A stretch of 61,144 bases of DNA, filler included, from Basidioascus undulatus (Eukaryota): assembly GCA_000826855.1 (NCBI GenBank). It is 8 parts of 8 records of this genome, joined end to end, with 100 filler letters (N's around TTAATTAATTAA, not from the genome) between each part and the next. Parts side by side here need not be neighbours in the genome. Positions count along the whole stretch, not along the records: positions 15,335 to 22,894 come from JTLS01001527.1; positions 22,995 to 30,549 come from JTLS01001528.1; 6 more parts are not named here. One strand, 5' to 3'. Shown piece after piece: positions 16,058 to 29,087 of this stretch. Position numbers and translations under genes: made by a program. How positions within the stretch are numbered: position 1 is the stretch's first letter; each line of letters starts with the position of its first letter. A model generated the notes under the pieces. It ran no database searches, had not been told where the DNA came from, and saw nothing but the letters and a program-made list of their open reading frames with translations.

Positions 16058-17570
16058 CGGCGCCATTTTCATCGTCTTGGTGACTTCCACCTGCGCGTGC
16101 TGTCTGCCTGTTGCCAGCCAGCAGACACGCACGTTCAAGCACATTATCCCCGCCTTTGTGCAGGGCTTTGCCAGATTCTTGTGAGTAACGTTTGCTCTGT
16201 ATCTGGTCTGCGCACGGAGAATTAGCCTTTGTTGCAAACAGTGGAGCGGGCGTAATGCGAGAAATGGCTGCGCCAGTTTCCGCGGCTGTAGAGACAGACT
16301 CGCTCATTACACCTTTGTTTTTCTCTTCCATTTCTTCAGCATCGCCACTGGGTTCATCCACTTGCTGGGTCCGGCTGTGCGAGCTTTCACCCGACATGTG
16401 TCCCGCACTTCTGGGTGAGTGGCTCGCATCACTCTCACTTTCTTCAATGTCGAGAACGTACCGCTTACGCGTTTTGTGCATCTTCTCCGGCGGATTATCC
16501 TTGCGCACTCTGCTTCTGCATGATTTCCCTCTTGTACGTTGCCGCTCTCCTTTTGGCAAATGTCAAGTCAGTGCCGAACTGAGTCAGAGTCACGCCAGCT
16601 TCATGTTCTATATTGAATACGCAGCACAGCTCTACGCCCTTTTCTACCTCGACCGCCACCCACCAGCGTGGATGAGGCGAAAATGGCCGAGATTGAAAGT
16701 GGCTCGAAGCCCGAACAACATGACACGTCCAGCACTCCCACGGTGGAAACTTTCAGGCGAGCAACGCGGCATATGCTGATCTGGGAACGAGTAGGCTATG
16801 CCAACACCCTTGGTACGTACTCGCATCGCGTCCCTGGTGCTGCAAGAATACTTAGTCTACCGATGCCGGTGCCGGGGCCCTGTTGAACGTCTGTCTTTTG
16901 GACTTCCGCATCATATTTCACTCCGTGATGATTGGGCTCGCTCTTTCCGTGAGTCATTAAATGGTCTCGAGGATGAAGACTTTCACTGAAAGTGCTGTAA
17001 CATTCAGGCAGGTCATGGGTTCCGGCTATGGGCACTTCTTTGCCTTGCTTATCTTCCACCGTGAGCAGTTGCTTTCCTGCACCACCTGCAGCAGCGAGAG
17101 AGGCTGACCATTTAATTGCAGAGTATTCTACGGTCTTGGCGTGGGCTCGCGTATTGGCCAGATCAAGTTTCCGAACGGCAGCTCGGTGCCCTGGTTGCTC
17201 GCCATCGCTTACGGCATCGTCACGCCAGTAAAACTCAGAAACATTTCGACCAAAGCTTCCGAAGGCTTCTGCTGTAATTTCCTGCTTGCTACAGATCGGC
17301 ATGGCCATTGGCCTCGGGCTTCGTTATGAGTACGCGACGAAATCGAAGAACGTCCATCTGACCAAGGCGTTTGTTTCGTCGCTCTCGGCCGGCATTCTAC
17401 TTTGGACGGGCATTTATTCGGTACAGTCTGCAATAGGTTCTATAAATTTATTTTGCGGGAGATCATCTGTCTCATTGTCATGGACACGCAAAGAGTTTCT
17501 GAACGAGAAGGAGCTCCGCGCGCCGGTTCTCCAGGTCCCTGAATCCACCTTCCACACACAAACACATTAG
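16058..17570 (+). pseudogene. ZIP-family (ZRT/IRT-like) zinc/iron transporter, degenerate and C-terminally truncated
   Basis: Exon remnants GAIFIVLVTST, IATGFIHLLGPA, FMFYIEYAA, FHSVMIGLALS, GLGVGSRIGQIKFP...WLLAIAYGIVTP and IGMAIGLGLR...SSLSAGILLWTG. The last TM helix is missing and the HQxFEG metal motif is not recognisable. The 5' boundary is approximate. Confidence 0.8.
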
Positions 17571-17583
17571 CAAAACGGCTAAT

Positions 17584-20269
17584 ATGGCCGCAGTCGCTAT
17601 GCCTGAACCCGTCGACGCTAGTCCGAACGACCTCAAGGTGCCGAACGTCCCACCGCCCGCGGCTGCCGAGAGCGTTGACGATGACCTGAAGAGCAACTGG
17701 CCCGTTGCTCTCGACTTGGCCGGGAGCAACGTTCCCTGCCGTCTGGAGGGCGAGCTACGCCTCGCTTCTACATTCATTTACTTTACAGGGCGAATCGTTG
17801 ATTATTGCTTCACTGACAGGTTGCTGACTGCATCATCCGCGGCACTGTGCCCAAGGAGCTTGATGGGAACCTTCTATCGGGTACGCTTGTCCTAATGGCC
17901 ACCATATTCTTGGCTAACATATTTTAATATACACGTTCAAGTTATGTGCGACCCATTCGTCCCTCTCCACCCTCAGAACACTCCGATCGACGGCGATGCG
18001 AGCTCTTCTTGCGCTTTCACCTGGAGCGCACGCCCAACTTTGTAAGGAACGTCAGCGCATTCCGCATCAGCGATGGAAAGGTTGACTTTAACATGCGCTC
18101 GTAAGCTAAGGTCTTCTGAGGTATCACTCGTTTTAGAGTGCTGACCGGGACCTTCGACAGTGTTGAGACCGAGCGGTACAAGCTTGAACGCCACGCAGGC
18201 AAACATCTTTTCGGTCTGTAAGTAAGATGTGTCTTACCCACCTGGATCTTACTCAAGTGTTAGTTCTCTTACGGCTACAGGAACCCTTTCACGCACCATC
18301 CTTGCGTGCGGAACGTCATCGACTCGACTGCCAACACCGGCACGTCTGGTGAGCGGGAAAACTCCTCGCCCTCAAATCAGTACACCTGAAACATTCTCTT
18401 CAGTGACTGAATGTTTACTGATGACTTTGGAAACCTTTCTTCAAGGTGGCCTCGGCCTATGTAATCGACCCGCACACCCTCGAGACGCTCGACTACGACC
18501 CCTACAGGGAGCAGATCAACAGCAAGACTTTCACCGCGCACCCCAAGATCGACCCCGAGTCGGGAGAGCTCGTCGTCTTCGTGAGTGCTTTTCCAAAAAG
18601 CGGTGCGAATGAGTTTAAGCTTATCAGTCTCTCTGGGATCAACTTCAGGGTTACGAAGCCAAAGGGCTTGGGACTACCCACAACGTCTACTTCGCGATTG
18701 ACCGCGAAGGGTGTAAGACGGAGAAGCTGTGGTTCAAAGTGTGTTTTTGTGTTTTCTGCATGAAAGCACTATGTTGTCTACTCAAACTGACATGGTGCTC
18801 GCCTTGACAGGCGCCTTTCTGCGGCTTCGCTACGACTGCGCCATTGTCCGTTCGGTCCTCGTCTTTGGTGATGGCGGAAGCCGACTGCTTATGAAACACT
18901 TCTTTTCCAGACTTCATCTGGCCTTTTGAGGCGGACGTTGAGCGCATGAAGCGAGGCGGACAGCACTGGTGAGCACAGCTTTTGAAACCCAACGCGTTCA
19001 GGTTCTCGTGTTCAGCAGCGGAAGAGTACTCTCTGACCGCCCTGTCACCTTCATTGTTGTCCCCGCGCCGCAAGACCCCAGTGAACTCAAACTGGAGCAA
19101 GGGAGAGACGAGGCACTACGTCTGGAAGAACTGCATGCGTAACCCCGCATAAGGAGTAGATCCGCAATACAGAACGAGCAGCCTGACTATGCTCAATTAA
19201 AAAGCCATTCACACCGCTGCGGCTTGGGAGGACGAGAACGGCTTGATGTGAGTCTCTGCAGCCAAATTTGTATTAGTCTGTCCTTGACATACTGCACGCT
19301 GCTACAGCAAAGTGAAGAGCACTCGCGCGCATGACAACGGCTTCCGCTTCTTCCCACCGGACGACGGCAGCATGCCAAACCCGGTGACTAAGGCCGACTT
19401 TGTGAGGTAAGGCTTTCCCTCAAATGGGTTTGCATCCCAGCCGGCTAGTTACTCACGATTATTCCTCATAGGTGGACGTTTGACGCCAACTCGCCTGACG
19501 GAGCCCGGACCCGGAGCTGATCGTCGAAGTGCCTTGCGAGTTTCCTCGGATTGATGTATGCAAACAGCCATTTGACGCTCCCAGCTTTTACAGCTGCGCT
19601 GACATGGAGGATACCACGCGACCACAGAACGCCTCATGGGCAGGCTGTACAATAGTCTGGCTCGGCGTTTTCGTGCCTCAGTGCTCGGATTGTGGGAAGA
19701 ACATCTGTGAGTTTCAGAAACGTATTTCTAGCTGTCAGCCATCTTTGCTCACAGGGCTACCACAGTCAATGGGCTGAATGCGCTCGCTCAACGCGACCAC
19801 CGCACGGGCAGACTCAGTACTGGTACGCGTAAGTCTGTTGGATTCGTTAACTAGCTTGACACTGTATCATCACCAAGAATTATCGGGCTGACGCGCTGGT
19901 TCCTATGCAGTGGCGACGACTGCGAGGTCCAGGAGCCGGCCTTCATCCCTCGTACGCCCGACGCTCCGGAAGGCGATGGCTTACTTGTTGCGCTCGTAGA
20001 GCGCGTCAAGGCAAACCGCTGCGACCTCGTCATCATCGACACGAAGGAGTTCACCATGCACGTGAAGGGTGAGTTTCAAAGCTTCATCTTTGCACACGAA
20101 TGCTCTCAAGCTTGGGCTTGGGTTTTGGCGCATAACGTCTGGGGTTCTAAGCCAAATTCACGGTAACTGGGTTAACCGGAGCGATCTCTCACCGGAGAGG
20201 GAGCCGTTCGTCCGGAGCATTCCACCGTTTGAGATCTCAGGCAAGGGTCCACTCGAGATGCTTGCCTGA
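17584..20269 (+). pseudogene. Carotenoid-cleavage/lignostilbene dioxygenase (RPE65/LSD family) pseudogene
   Basis: Motifs [45 protein letters not shown]...TANT, TFTAHPKIDPESGELV, EFPRID, QEPAFIPRTPDAPEGDG and IHGNWV. Lesions: +1 frameshift in GGG at 17865-17867, donor altered to CTACGC at 17755, TGA at 18350 before AGKLLALK. Confidence 0.88.
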
Positions 20270-22168
20270 ATGTAGTGAAGAGAGGGATGATACAACAGAC
20301 GGGCTGTATAATAACTCTCATGTTATGCTGATTTGGATATGTGAAGCCTTGAAAGGCCCAAGTTCGCGGAGTCTGGGCGGCCCTGAAGATACATCAGAGT
20401 ATAGCCCCGCTGTACTCCCATAACGTCCAACAGCATGGTGGGATGACCAAATTTCTTCTTTAAGACTGCTACTTCCACAGTTATCATGTGCTCTCGACTC
20501 ATCCGCCTGGCACACTCCGCTGCGATTCCCGAGCTTCTCTTGAGCACCCCAGTGTCTCGTGAGCAAACTGCAGAAAGGTATGCGTGCGAAAGTCAGCCAT
20601 GCGATGCACCGGAAACATTCATTCATATCTTTACTCTCCCTCCTCAGAACCATCGCCTGCGTCTCTAGAAAACAAATCAGCAAAAAGGATCCGTAAAGCT
20701 TGCACCTTCGCAATTGGTCAAAGCGATTCTATGCCCTGCCAGCCGCGTGCTCTGTTGTACCGCCCAATGGAGAATATTTTGATGAATCTCGTTACCTTTA
20801 GCCCAGAGGAGGTCGTCGTGCGGTTGCTCTAGGCGGACATTATGCAGCAAGGGAGGTGGCGAATGGCGAATGTCATCCAGCACAATGGATACCCTGTTGA
20901 GTTGGTTTGAAACGTCATTCCGATCAATATAGTCCGTGCTGCACTCCGTTGTGTGGAGAGACAACGTGGGTGGGTTGTTGGACCGGAAAGCTTGGGATAC
21001 TATAAGGATACTGTGTCGACCGCATAAGGCACAGACATTCTCCGTCCAACGCAGTCTGATTAGCTCTTGTCATGTTCTATTCAAGCCTTTTATGTTCTCT
21101 TGCTGGTTTATTGGATGTAGTGATTGCTCTATTGCACTGCAGCCGACGTTTCGAGAAGGGTGTCGGGCATCCTTCGGTGGAAGGGCACCTGGGTGGGACA
21201 CCGAATGAAAGACGACACTGCAAGCACTAGTATGCCAGAAGGAATACAAAAATCACTTTCTGCATCGGATATTTCAGCAGCGTCTTTGCGCTGGTGCTCA
21301 ACTCATCGTTGGAACTGGCGCCCCTATTTTCCATGTTGAAGCTATTTTAAATCACCACACGGACGTGATGGAGGGGATGGATAGAATGGGATGTTCCCGT
21401 TGTCCACCGAGAGGCCATCGAAGGCGAGCATGGTTTGCAGCCAGTCTTGGTTTCAAACGGTCCTGGGCATCAGGCTTCATCCTACGTATTCAACACTCTC
21501 ACCAACAAATAACTGGATCAAGACGTTCGATCCAGGTCTGTCGAAAGAGGCATAACAACAAGCATGCGCAACTTACAACGCTCCTCGGGAGGCAGAGCGA
21601 TCTTCTGGCTCGATCCCTTCGCCTCGGACACGCAGGTCATCGCACGTCCATTCGAGCAATTTAACTGCTATAATTGATATCGAAGCGAACTGATTCGATA
21701 TCAACGGTAGGGTAAGTAGTACAGCCACGACGTTTTGGGCACGTAAAAGGGGTAGAATCGACACGATGCGAGGAAGCGGTAGCACGATCTCGAAGAAGCA
21801 TTTGCAGGGATAAACAGATCAAAGATCGTAAACAGGAGCGAGGCTCTATGTGCTTGCGTAATGGTGGGGATGGTGGTGGTGGAAGTACAGTGTGTGCGGA
21901 TGCGGGTGTTGCGATGCGATGCGTTGCGGTGCGAGACGGGATGGGATGAACAGAGAAGAGGGGGGAGGCGGGGAAAAGGAGCGGGCGGGCGGATGAAGGA
22001 CGTCAAAGCGATGAAGTTATTTAGTTGGGGTGGGAGACGGCGGAGGAGATGTAAGTGCGGCGATCTGCGGATGCGCGACCTGGAAGAAGGAAGAGGAACA
22101 CGGAATAAATGTCAATTTTGTATCAAAATCGGAGGAGGAACAGACACGCCATACACTCCGACTCACGC

Positions 22169-22802
22169 TCAATCATCGACGGCCGCTCGCGCTTCCACAG
22201 CTCCCCGATCCCACCGACGACGATCTCGCGCCATGTCTGTCGCGTCCAAGGAAGATAAATATGCGCAGCAAGACAAGTACGATCCCTGCAAACTCACGCA
22301 GCTCTCGCAAAACCACTCATCCAACCCGATACTCCTCCCTCCCAGATCCCTCTGGCCCTCTGCGCCCGCCCTTCCCTTGGCGAGGGGGAGGACCTCCAGA
22401 ATAGCGCTGACAATGGCCTCGGGCGCGCCGTACTTCTCGAGCAGGGCCGCGCCCATGCGGCACGTCTCGGAGCGGTTGCCCGCGCAGGGGGTGAGCCCGC
22501 GATGGAGCCAGGTCGCCGCGGCGCGCGGGAGACACGGCGCGGAGAGCGGGCGGAGGAGGATCGAGCGCGGGCACCCGCTGGGGAGCAGGTTCGAGCATAG
22601 GTGCGAGTGGCAGGAGGCGCCTGGGAGGGGTGGGTAAGCCGGGGAGGGAGAGGGAGGAGGGGGGGGGGGCTGTGGGGTTGGGATTGGGGGTGGAGGAGGA
22701 GGCGGAGGAGGAGTCGACGAAGGGGACGCCAAAGGTCCCGAGCGACTCGGAAGAGGCGAGGTAGGACATTTGTTGGGACGTTAGGCCGGAGCGGGGATAG
22801 GA
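22169..22802 (-). CDS. 3' part of a hypothetical protein, with a probable frameshift in a G homopolymer near 22660
   Basis: Frame SYPRSGLTSQQMSYLASSESLGTFGVPF... switches at the G-run to ...CHSHLCSNLLPSGCPRSILL...CRMGAALLEKYGAPEAIV...*. Strong C-ending codon bias. Confidence 0.45.
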
Positions 22803-22994
22803 CTGTGGGGTGTGGGGGTTAGGAAAAGCAGAAGGAGGAGAGAGGAGGGAGGGGTTAAGCGACTAGCAGTGCGGCGTACAGCAGTGCAAGGTGTNNNNNN
22901 NNNNNNNNNNNNNNNNNNNNNNNNNNNNNNNNNNNNNNTTAATTAATTAANNNNNNNNNNNNNNNNNNNNNNNNNNNNNNNNNNNNNNNNNNNN

Positions 22995-25036
22995 CGAGAG
23001 AGAGCGGGCGCGGAGGGGATGGAGGGCCGCAGGTGGAGCGCGGTCGGGTTGAAGTCGAGCAATTGGATAAAGTTGTCGTCTGTTACTTGCGCGAGACGGT
23101 GCGCATACATCTGTGTTGCGTGCGCGTTAGCTTCGGGGAGAGTGCTGGGAATTGGGAAGGAAGAAGAGCCACGGACAGGGTAGATGCTCGCCCTCGAATC
23201 ATCCAGGACTCGCGTCCCGGTCTCGCCCCAGTCCTCCCAAGGCACCTCGACGTCCTTCTCTCCCTGCACGTCCACCTCCATCCCTTCGCCTATCGGGAGC
23301 CCCTCTAGCAACCGCTTCTTCAGGCATACAATTGTCGCCGACGGCAGGTCCTCCGGGAGCAGGCGAGGGCCAGGCATGTCGAGCTTGACCTGCAAGAATT
23401 AAATTAGCGATCGTTGAAGCAGAGCGAAGGTTAAGTTTTCTAAACCAGATCCGCACCTCGAGGCAAACGGAGCCGCTCTCAGGGGAGGGCAGCTCGGGCG
23501 AGAGCGCGTGCGACGCGGAGGAGCGCGTGAGGATCGGCTCGGAGAAGACGAACGGGATGCGCGAGATGTAGTGCGACTGAATTTCGGGCTGTGGGAGTGG
23601 ACCGATTCAGGTAGGTTTTTGGGAGAGAAAGGGGCAAGGGAAATGAGACAGGACTAACGAGGAGGTAGCGCTTTAGCAGGCGCGCGCCGGCTGTGGAGAG
23701 CGGCTGCGGCGGCGGGGGGTCCACGGCGGTCGAGAACCCGGGCGCGTACATCGCGGCGACGGAGGGGGACGGAGTGAGCTCGTAGATGTCGATGGCTGGC
23801 GAGCGCTGCGAGAGGGAGGTGGTCGCGACTACGAGAACGTTGGGGAGGATGAAGGCGAAAGACTCAATGCAGCGGTCGGTGGGTGCGATGACCTGTGTTC
23901 GAGGAAGAACAAGTCAGTTTTGGAAGTCGTGTGAAGGTGGAAACGCAAGAGGAAAGGGAAGACAGAAGACGCACAGCTTCCACGCGCATGTTCTCCCTCC
24001 AGTTGAAGACGACCACCACATCCCTCTCCATGTTCTCCGCGGCATCGTCGTTAATGCCGCCGTCCGGAAGATCGCACACGGGCGCGAAGACCTGCACCGC
24101 GAGGTAGTCCTCCTGGAGCATCATCTGGAGGTTGAGCCCGCGCAAGCGGAGGAGGTCATGCGTGAAGGGGCTGGGCGCGGTCGGGTGCTGCGTTGCGCAT
24201 TGGGAGGATACGGAGAGGGAGAGGGAGAGGAAGTGGAACGTGAGCTGCACGCTTGGAGGGGAGTGCTGCAGTCTGTTGAGTCGGGCAGGGAGAGTCAGCC
24301 CACCGGGAAGGGGGAGAGGGACCGGCGGTAAGGGGAACGCAACTGGATCTCGGAGGCGACGAGGAGGTCGGAGGCTCCGTCGAGGTCGAAGTCCTTGACC
24401 GCCTTTCCAGGGCCGAGCGAAAGCGTAGCCACAGCCTGGACAGGCTTGATCTTCGCTTTCTCTCCCTCTCCCTCCTCCGCCTGCCCCTGCTCCTCCCCCT
24501 CGCCGTCCTCCCTCGCAGACGGCAGCTTCCACAGCTCAAAATCGGCCTTGCCCGTGACGCCCACCCGTTCCCCGCCCAGGATGAACCACCCGTCCCTCAG
24601 GACGCGCAAGCTCGAGTACGGATCGCGCCTGACGCCCGCCGCGAGGGGTGCGAGGGTCCCCGCGGCCACTGCGCGGGACGCTGGACCGCGGACGAGGACG
24701 TGCTCGGAGGTCCAGTTGAGGGAGGAGAGGCGGGACTCGCGCGCGCGCAGACGGCGGACGCGGTGGAGGAGCGGGACGGCGGATGAGGAGCGCGCGAAAG
24801 GGGAGATGGTCAAGCCCGTGGTGAGGAGGAGCAGATGGTGCTGCAGATCGAGCGATGTGGATAGCAGGTTATGCAATGTTTTGCAGGTCTATAGGTGAAA
24901 TACGGGTTGGTAAATCATGTTTAAACTGGGCAAGAGCGGTGACACGCACAGCAGCCACATGAAGGAGATCTTTGATGCCGAGGAACAGCAGCGTCTCAAT
25001 CTGCACCTCCTGGGGCAGACTCATAAATTCGGCCAT
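22995..25036 (-). CDS. F-box domain protein, multi-exon, 3' end cut off by the contig edge
   Basis: N-terminus MAEFMSLPQEVQIETLLFLGIKDLLHVAA|TCKTLHNLLSTSLDLQHHLLL fits an F-box. Downstream exons (KDFDLDGASDLLV, VVVVFNWRE, VPWEDWGETGTRVL, IQLLDFNP) resemble expanded basidiomycete F-box families. Confidence 0.85.
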
Positions 25037-25920
25037 GATGTGGACCTCGTATCAGACTCGATACTCCTGCGTATTGACCTGTGTGTCAAATAAACGAGCT
25101 GATAGCGATGATGGTAAGAGCCAATGGCAAGAGCAAGAGGACCACACACGAGCGAAGACTTGGAGGAATCGAAGACGTCAGGCACTGAGATGAGTAGTGT
25201 ACTGTAGCTGTAGTAGCCCTTTGGGGCCCCTCTTCCTTCTTCTCCATCATGATGCCCTTTTTTCGCATCTCAATCCGCATAGGCGCCCAAAAGATGCATA
25301 GATGACCTACGGGCCCCAATTATCTCCGCGTGTGGGAAAAGATCCTGTGAGACTGGTCAGAGTCAAGGCAGCACCCTTCCCCTGGCCCGCTGCCTGCTTT
25401 CGACTGTGTACTCTTCCCTTACACAACACAATATGCCTCCGTACTATAACACACCACATATTTATACAAAAATATTCCTCACCGATTTGCTCTTCTAATC
25501 TTTACCACTACTTGTCTGCCCAGCCGAGATGGCCCTCCCCGGACCACTGGCAGTGCGCTACGCCTGCACTGCATTCCTTTTCCTCGTCCGTCCCCCCGTT
25601 CGCCAGCTACCCCACTCCATTCCAATTCAAGGCGATATCTGAGATAAACTCCCACAGGGCCTGGTCCACTTCATCCTGAGGCTATCGCACGACTCGTACT
25701 CGCGCGCGACATCTCTCTCCTCCCTGTCCTCCCTCTCGGACTCTTCCCTCTCTTCCCTCTCCTCCCTTCTTCGTCATTCCGCTACTCCGTCTCCGCACAC
25801 GACATGAAGATCTACCGCCCTCTCAATTCTCCGACGTGGGGCAACAAGACGCTGGGTTCAGATATCCACACTTGTACGGGGCCGGTGCCGGTCACTGTAA
25901 GACGATTGCATGCACACACT

Positions 25921-27153
25921 GGCTACGGGGGTCTGCGGCGTCGGAACACCGGGCCACGTCGAGTAGGGACAGGCACAAAAGGAGCAACAGAATGAATAAT
26001 GCGCCAGAATGCATGGTTTGCGTTGTGGAGACCGACGACGAGGAACAGAGATTACGAACGACAACTGTAGGCTTGAGGCAAACGGTCAGTGGTGGGTTAA
26101 GTATGCTGCAAGGCTGCCCTTCGCTTTCGAGATACAAGAGCTCGTTCACAGTAGAAGTACCGAAACCTGAGTGTGCGGATTATGAGGCTATCCCGCTCGT
26201 TCCGCACCCGAGAAAAACAGTGTGTCTCCACCTGACCCTGAAACCGAAGTGTTGGATAATTTTATCATGCCCGCGGAAACATTCTAGGTGCGCAGGCAAG
26301 CACACCAGACAAGCCTTTAGAATGGGTAATCATTACAATTAATGCATATAACCAATGACAAGGACTGGCGCGCCAAATGTAAACTATGATGATAGCGAAG
26401 CGGTTGCAAAACTGGGAGGACGCTGTCTTGCCGTCGCTGCAGTGAGCAGCACCAATTCCACGAATACCATGATGAACGTCCCACTCAAGCCAAACCCGGT
26501 ACCACCTTCGCCAACCTATCGTACGGAATTCCGGTACTCCCAGCACTCGGGACATTTGCTCGTATGCATTAAGACGAAATGATCATGTATCCCAATGATG
26601 TGGCAAATAGGTAAGGGCAATTGATGTGCGATGATCCAGCAAAAGACCAACTGCAAGGGTGCGCATTCGCTGGATCAGCGCCTGCATGCACCCACAACCC
26701 CACAGCAACCAGTACTCAGACATCCTGTTCCAGAGAGAGGCGAGAGCGGGTTGAAGGGTATAACATTTGGAGGAAGTCCTTGGCTTGTCCGGGGAACGGA
26801 ATGTTCGAGCCAAGTGCACCTACTGGCGGAGGTGGGAGCCCAACCCCACCCACGTCTCCAAGCCCGTCTACGGGCGTGATCCCGCCGGCGCTTTCGAATC
26901 CAGTCGGGTAGTAGGGAAACTGAATAAGACTTCCTCCCACAGGTGCGCCGTCCAAACCATTAGGCAAACATGTGGTAGGACCGCCGACTAGAAGAAGTCC
27001 GAAATCAGAAGGCCACTTGGCAAGCGAGTGTACGCTGTAAAGGGTGCATACACGCACTGCCTACGGGGGTCTGTGGCGTCGGAGCACCGAGGGACAGCTT
27101 GAACTTGGTCAGGCTCAAAAGAGCACTGCAGTGGTAGATGCGGCAGCGTGCAT
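25921..27153 (-). pseudogene. Two tandem related, apparently frameshifted small secreted-protein genes
   Basis: Near-identical 30-mers at 25921-25950 and 27059-27088 encode G(V/A)PTPQTPV. Each follows an ATG-CAY start (26014, 27153) and a hydrophobic stretch and precedes a GT donor. Both need a frameshift to join the ATG to this frame. Confidence 0.4.
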
Positions 27154-28039
27154 GATTCGAGAAGGTGCCATTGTGGGAGAGGGATGGCTTTCAGAAAGAA
27201 GGTAGCTTTTATGAGCAGGCCACCGCTGTCTTAAGCGGGGATTTGCTTCGCAGATATGAAAGCACTCTATATGTTGAGAGTGGTTTCCGACCTCAAAGTA
27301 ATCCCGATTGTTTCCGCCTACCGCATAGAGACAAGGTCATCATCCGCTTGATATGGCATGTGCCAAGACATGGACAATTTGCGACGCTGAAAGCCACCCT
27401 TGACGCATCTGGGAATGCCATCGCTTCCCGCGTCAAAACCCGTCAGAACACAATCGGAACAGACGTGTTCTGTAAAGGCTCCATTGCCATGTTGCCCGCA
27501 GTACGCCGGCCTTTCTCCGTGTCCATGACTGCGGGAGAAACACACCGCAACCACGTTGTTCGCCGTTTGACTTTGGCCTCATGACCCGAAGGGAGTGTCT
27601 GTATGAGGGCTACCAGAATTCTTCTTAGTTTAATTTGAATTGGTATACTACAGAGCAAGACAAAATATCCTTGATAGACGACATTGCACGGCACAAAGAC
27701 CCCGACGTGTTGATGTTTAGCATTGTCACTGCTGGTCGTTCAATTATGCAATTGATGCAAGAAATGAACATGTCCACGGAGAAGTAGTTCCCCGTCACAA
27801 CTTAATACTGCAGCTCAAGGGTATCCTTGATGTGCGAATGTGCAGAAAACAAGGAAGAGAACTCTGAGTCGATCTGGAGCTGGCACTATCAGAACCAGTG
27901 TCATGCACACATGCAGACGAATTACAATAAAAAGATTATGGACATAACAGAATCAGCCAATTTTGTCAGTTCGGTTGATTCCCTCATTGGCCGTCATAAG
28001 AAAAATTATTGTTATTTTCAGTTATTCATAATCAAACAT

Positions 28040-28120
28040 GCGCCGCTGGTGTACCGGTAACATGCTAGCCTTCCACTTCTGAGTTAGCTGGCGCACGGGG
28101 TTCGACTCCCCGGCGGCGCA
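28040..28120 (+). tRNA. tRNA-Gly: tRNA-Gly (anticodon TCC) with a 10-nt intron at 28076-28085
   Basis: Acceptor stem GCGCCGC/GCGGCGC+A, D-arm TGGTGTACCGGTAACA, anticodon arm CTAGC-CTTCCA[intron]A-GCTGG, T-arm CGGGG-TTCGACT-CCCCG. Spliced length is 71 nt and a T-run follows. Confidence 0.95.
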
Positions 28121-29087
28121 ACCTTTGTTTCTCTCTTTTTTTTGCAGAGCCGGGCGGCTGAACCGCTCATCAGTCACCGGCACTATGGCAGGCTGTAGAT
28201 ATGCGCCGCACAGAGCAGCAGGTAAGATTCGAGTTCCTACCCCGGTGGGCAGAGGAGGATGGATGCATGAGCCGTGGTCCTGGTCCCGGTTTCCCGGCAG
28301 GGTGCAGATCAGCGCGCTTTTTCAGGTGGTCGATTTGTTCAAAACTTACGAGACAGGCCTGCTTGTGGGCGATGAACAGCCGCAACCACCACTGACGGAG
28401 TCGCAATGAGCCAGAGCTGCATGAACCGCCTAGCGGCCCAGGTGCGCAAGAATAGACGTAAGCGGATTTGAGCATAATGCAGATGAAATACCATGGTTAG
28501 TTAGTTACCTAATTATGTAGGATTATTTCGTTTTTCTCAAGCGTTCCATCGAGTGTTCAGCCTCGACGGGCGTCCTTCCTATCCACACTCAGTCTCAGCC
28601 CCTCCTCTCGCTGCATACCATGTCTTTCGGCCTTTTCCGAGGAAGGTTGCGGTGCTTGATGCCTCCATAACATATATGCGATATGTTGGCGGCGAAAAAA
28701 AAATCGCCTCAATCTGCCAATACGGCCGAGTGCACTCTAGTGATGGCGCAATCGCACTCGCAGCCGAAACTAATGTGCTCAAACTGCGCTGAAACGCGTC
28801 CACCCTGGTCCTCCACCACGCCAGATCTCGCTCTGACCGCTTAGGTTACCGGCCTTTCTTCACGCCTGAAAGATCCAAGGAGGTGGAAGCAAACGAACTT
28901 TATAAGAAGGTTGAAGCACGTCAGTCGTCGGGATATGGCGTCCGCTTCTACTGACGGTCCGTCCCCATATAAAGCACACTTGAGCACAGTGCTTCGCTCG
29001 TTCTGAAGCATTCTTCCACCACCGGTCTCAGAGAAGATCAACCACACCACTGCTTTTAATCAATCTAACCTCCTTATCACTAAAGCA

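Noticed and set aside
20300..21700. Scattered splice-like signals and short ORFs downstream of the oxygenase
   Set aside because: No recognisable protein motif or consistent exon chain.
28140..28185. Hammerhead-like CTGATGA-GCGG-TTCAG-CCGC on the minus strand next to the tRNA
   Set aside because: The stem is followed by CCGG, not the required GAAA, and no stems I/III are evident.
29026..29042. CAGAGAAGAT, similar to the U6 snRNA ACAGAGA box
   Set aside because: The flanks do not match U6, and it lies in the OsmC 5' leader.
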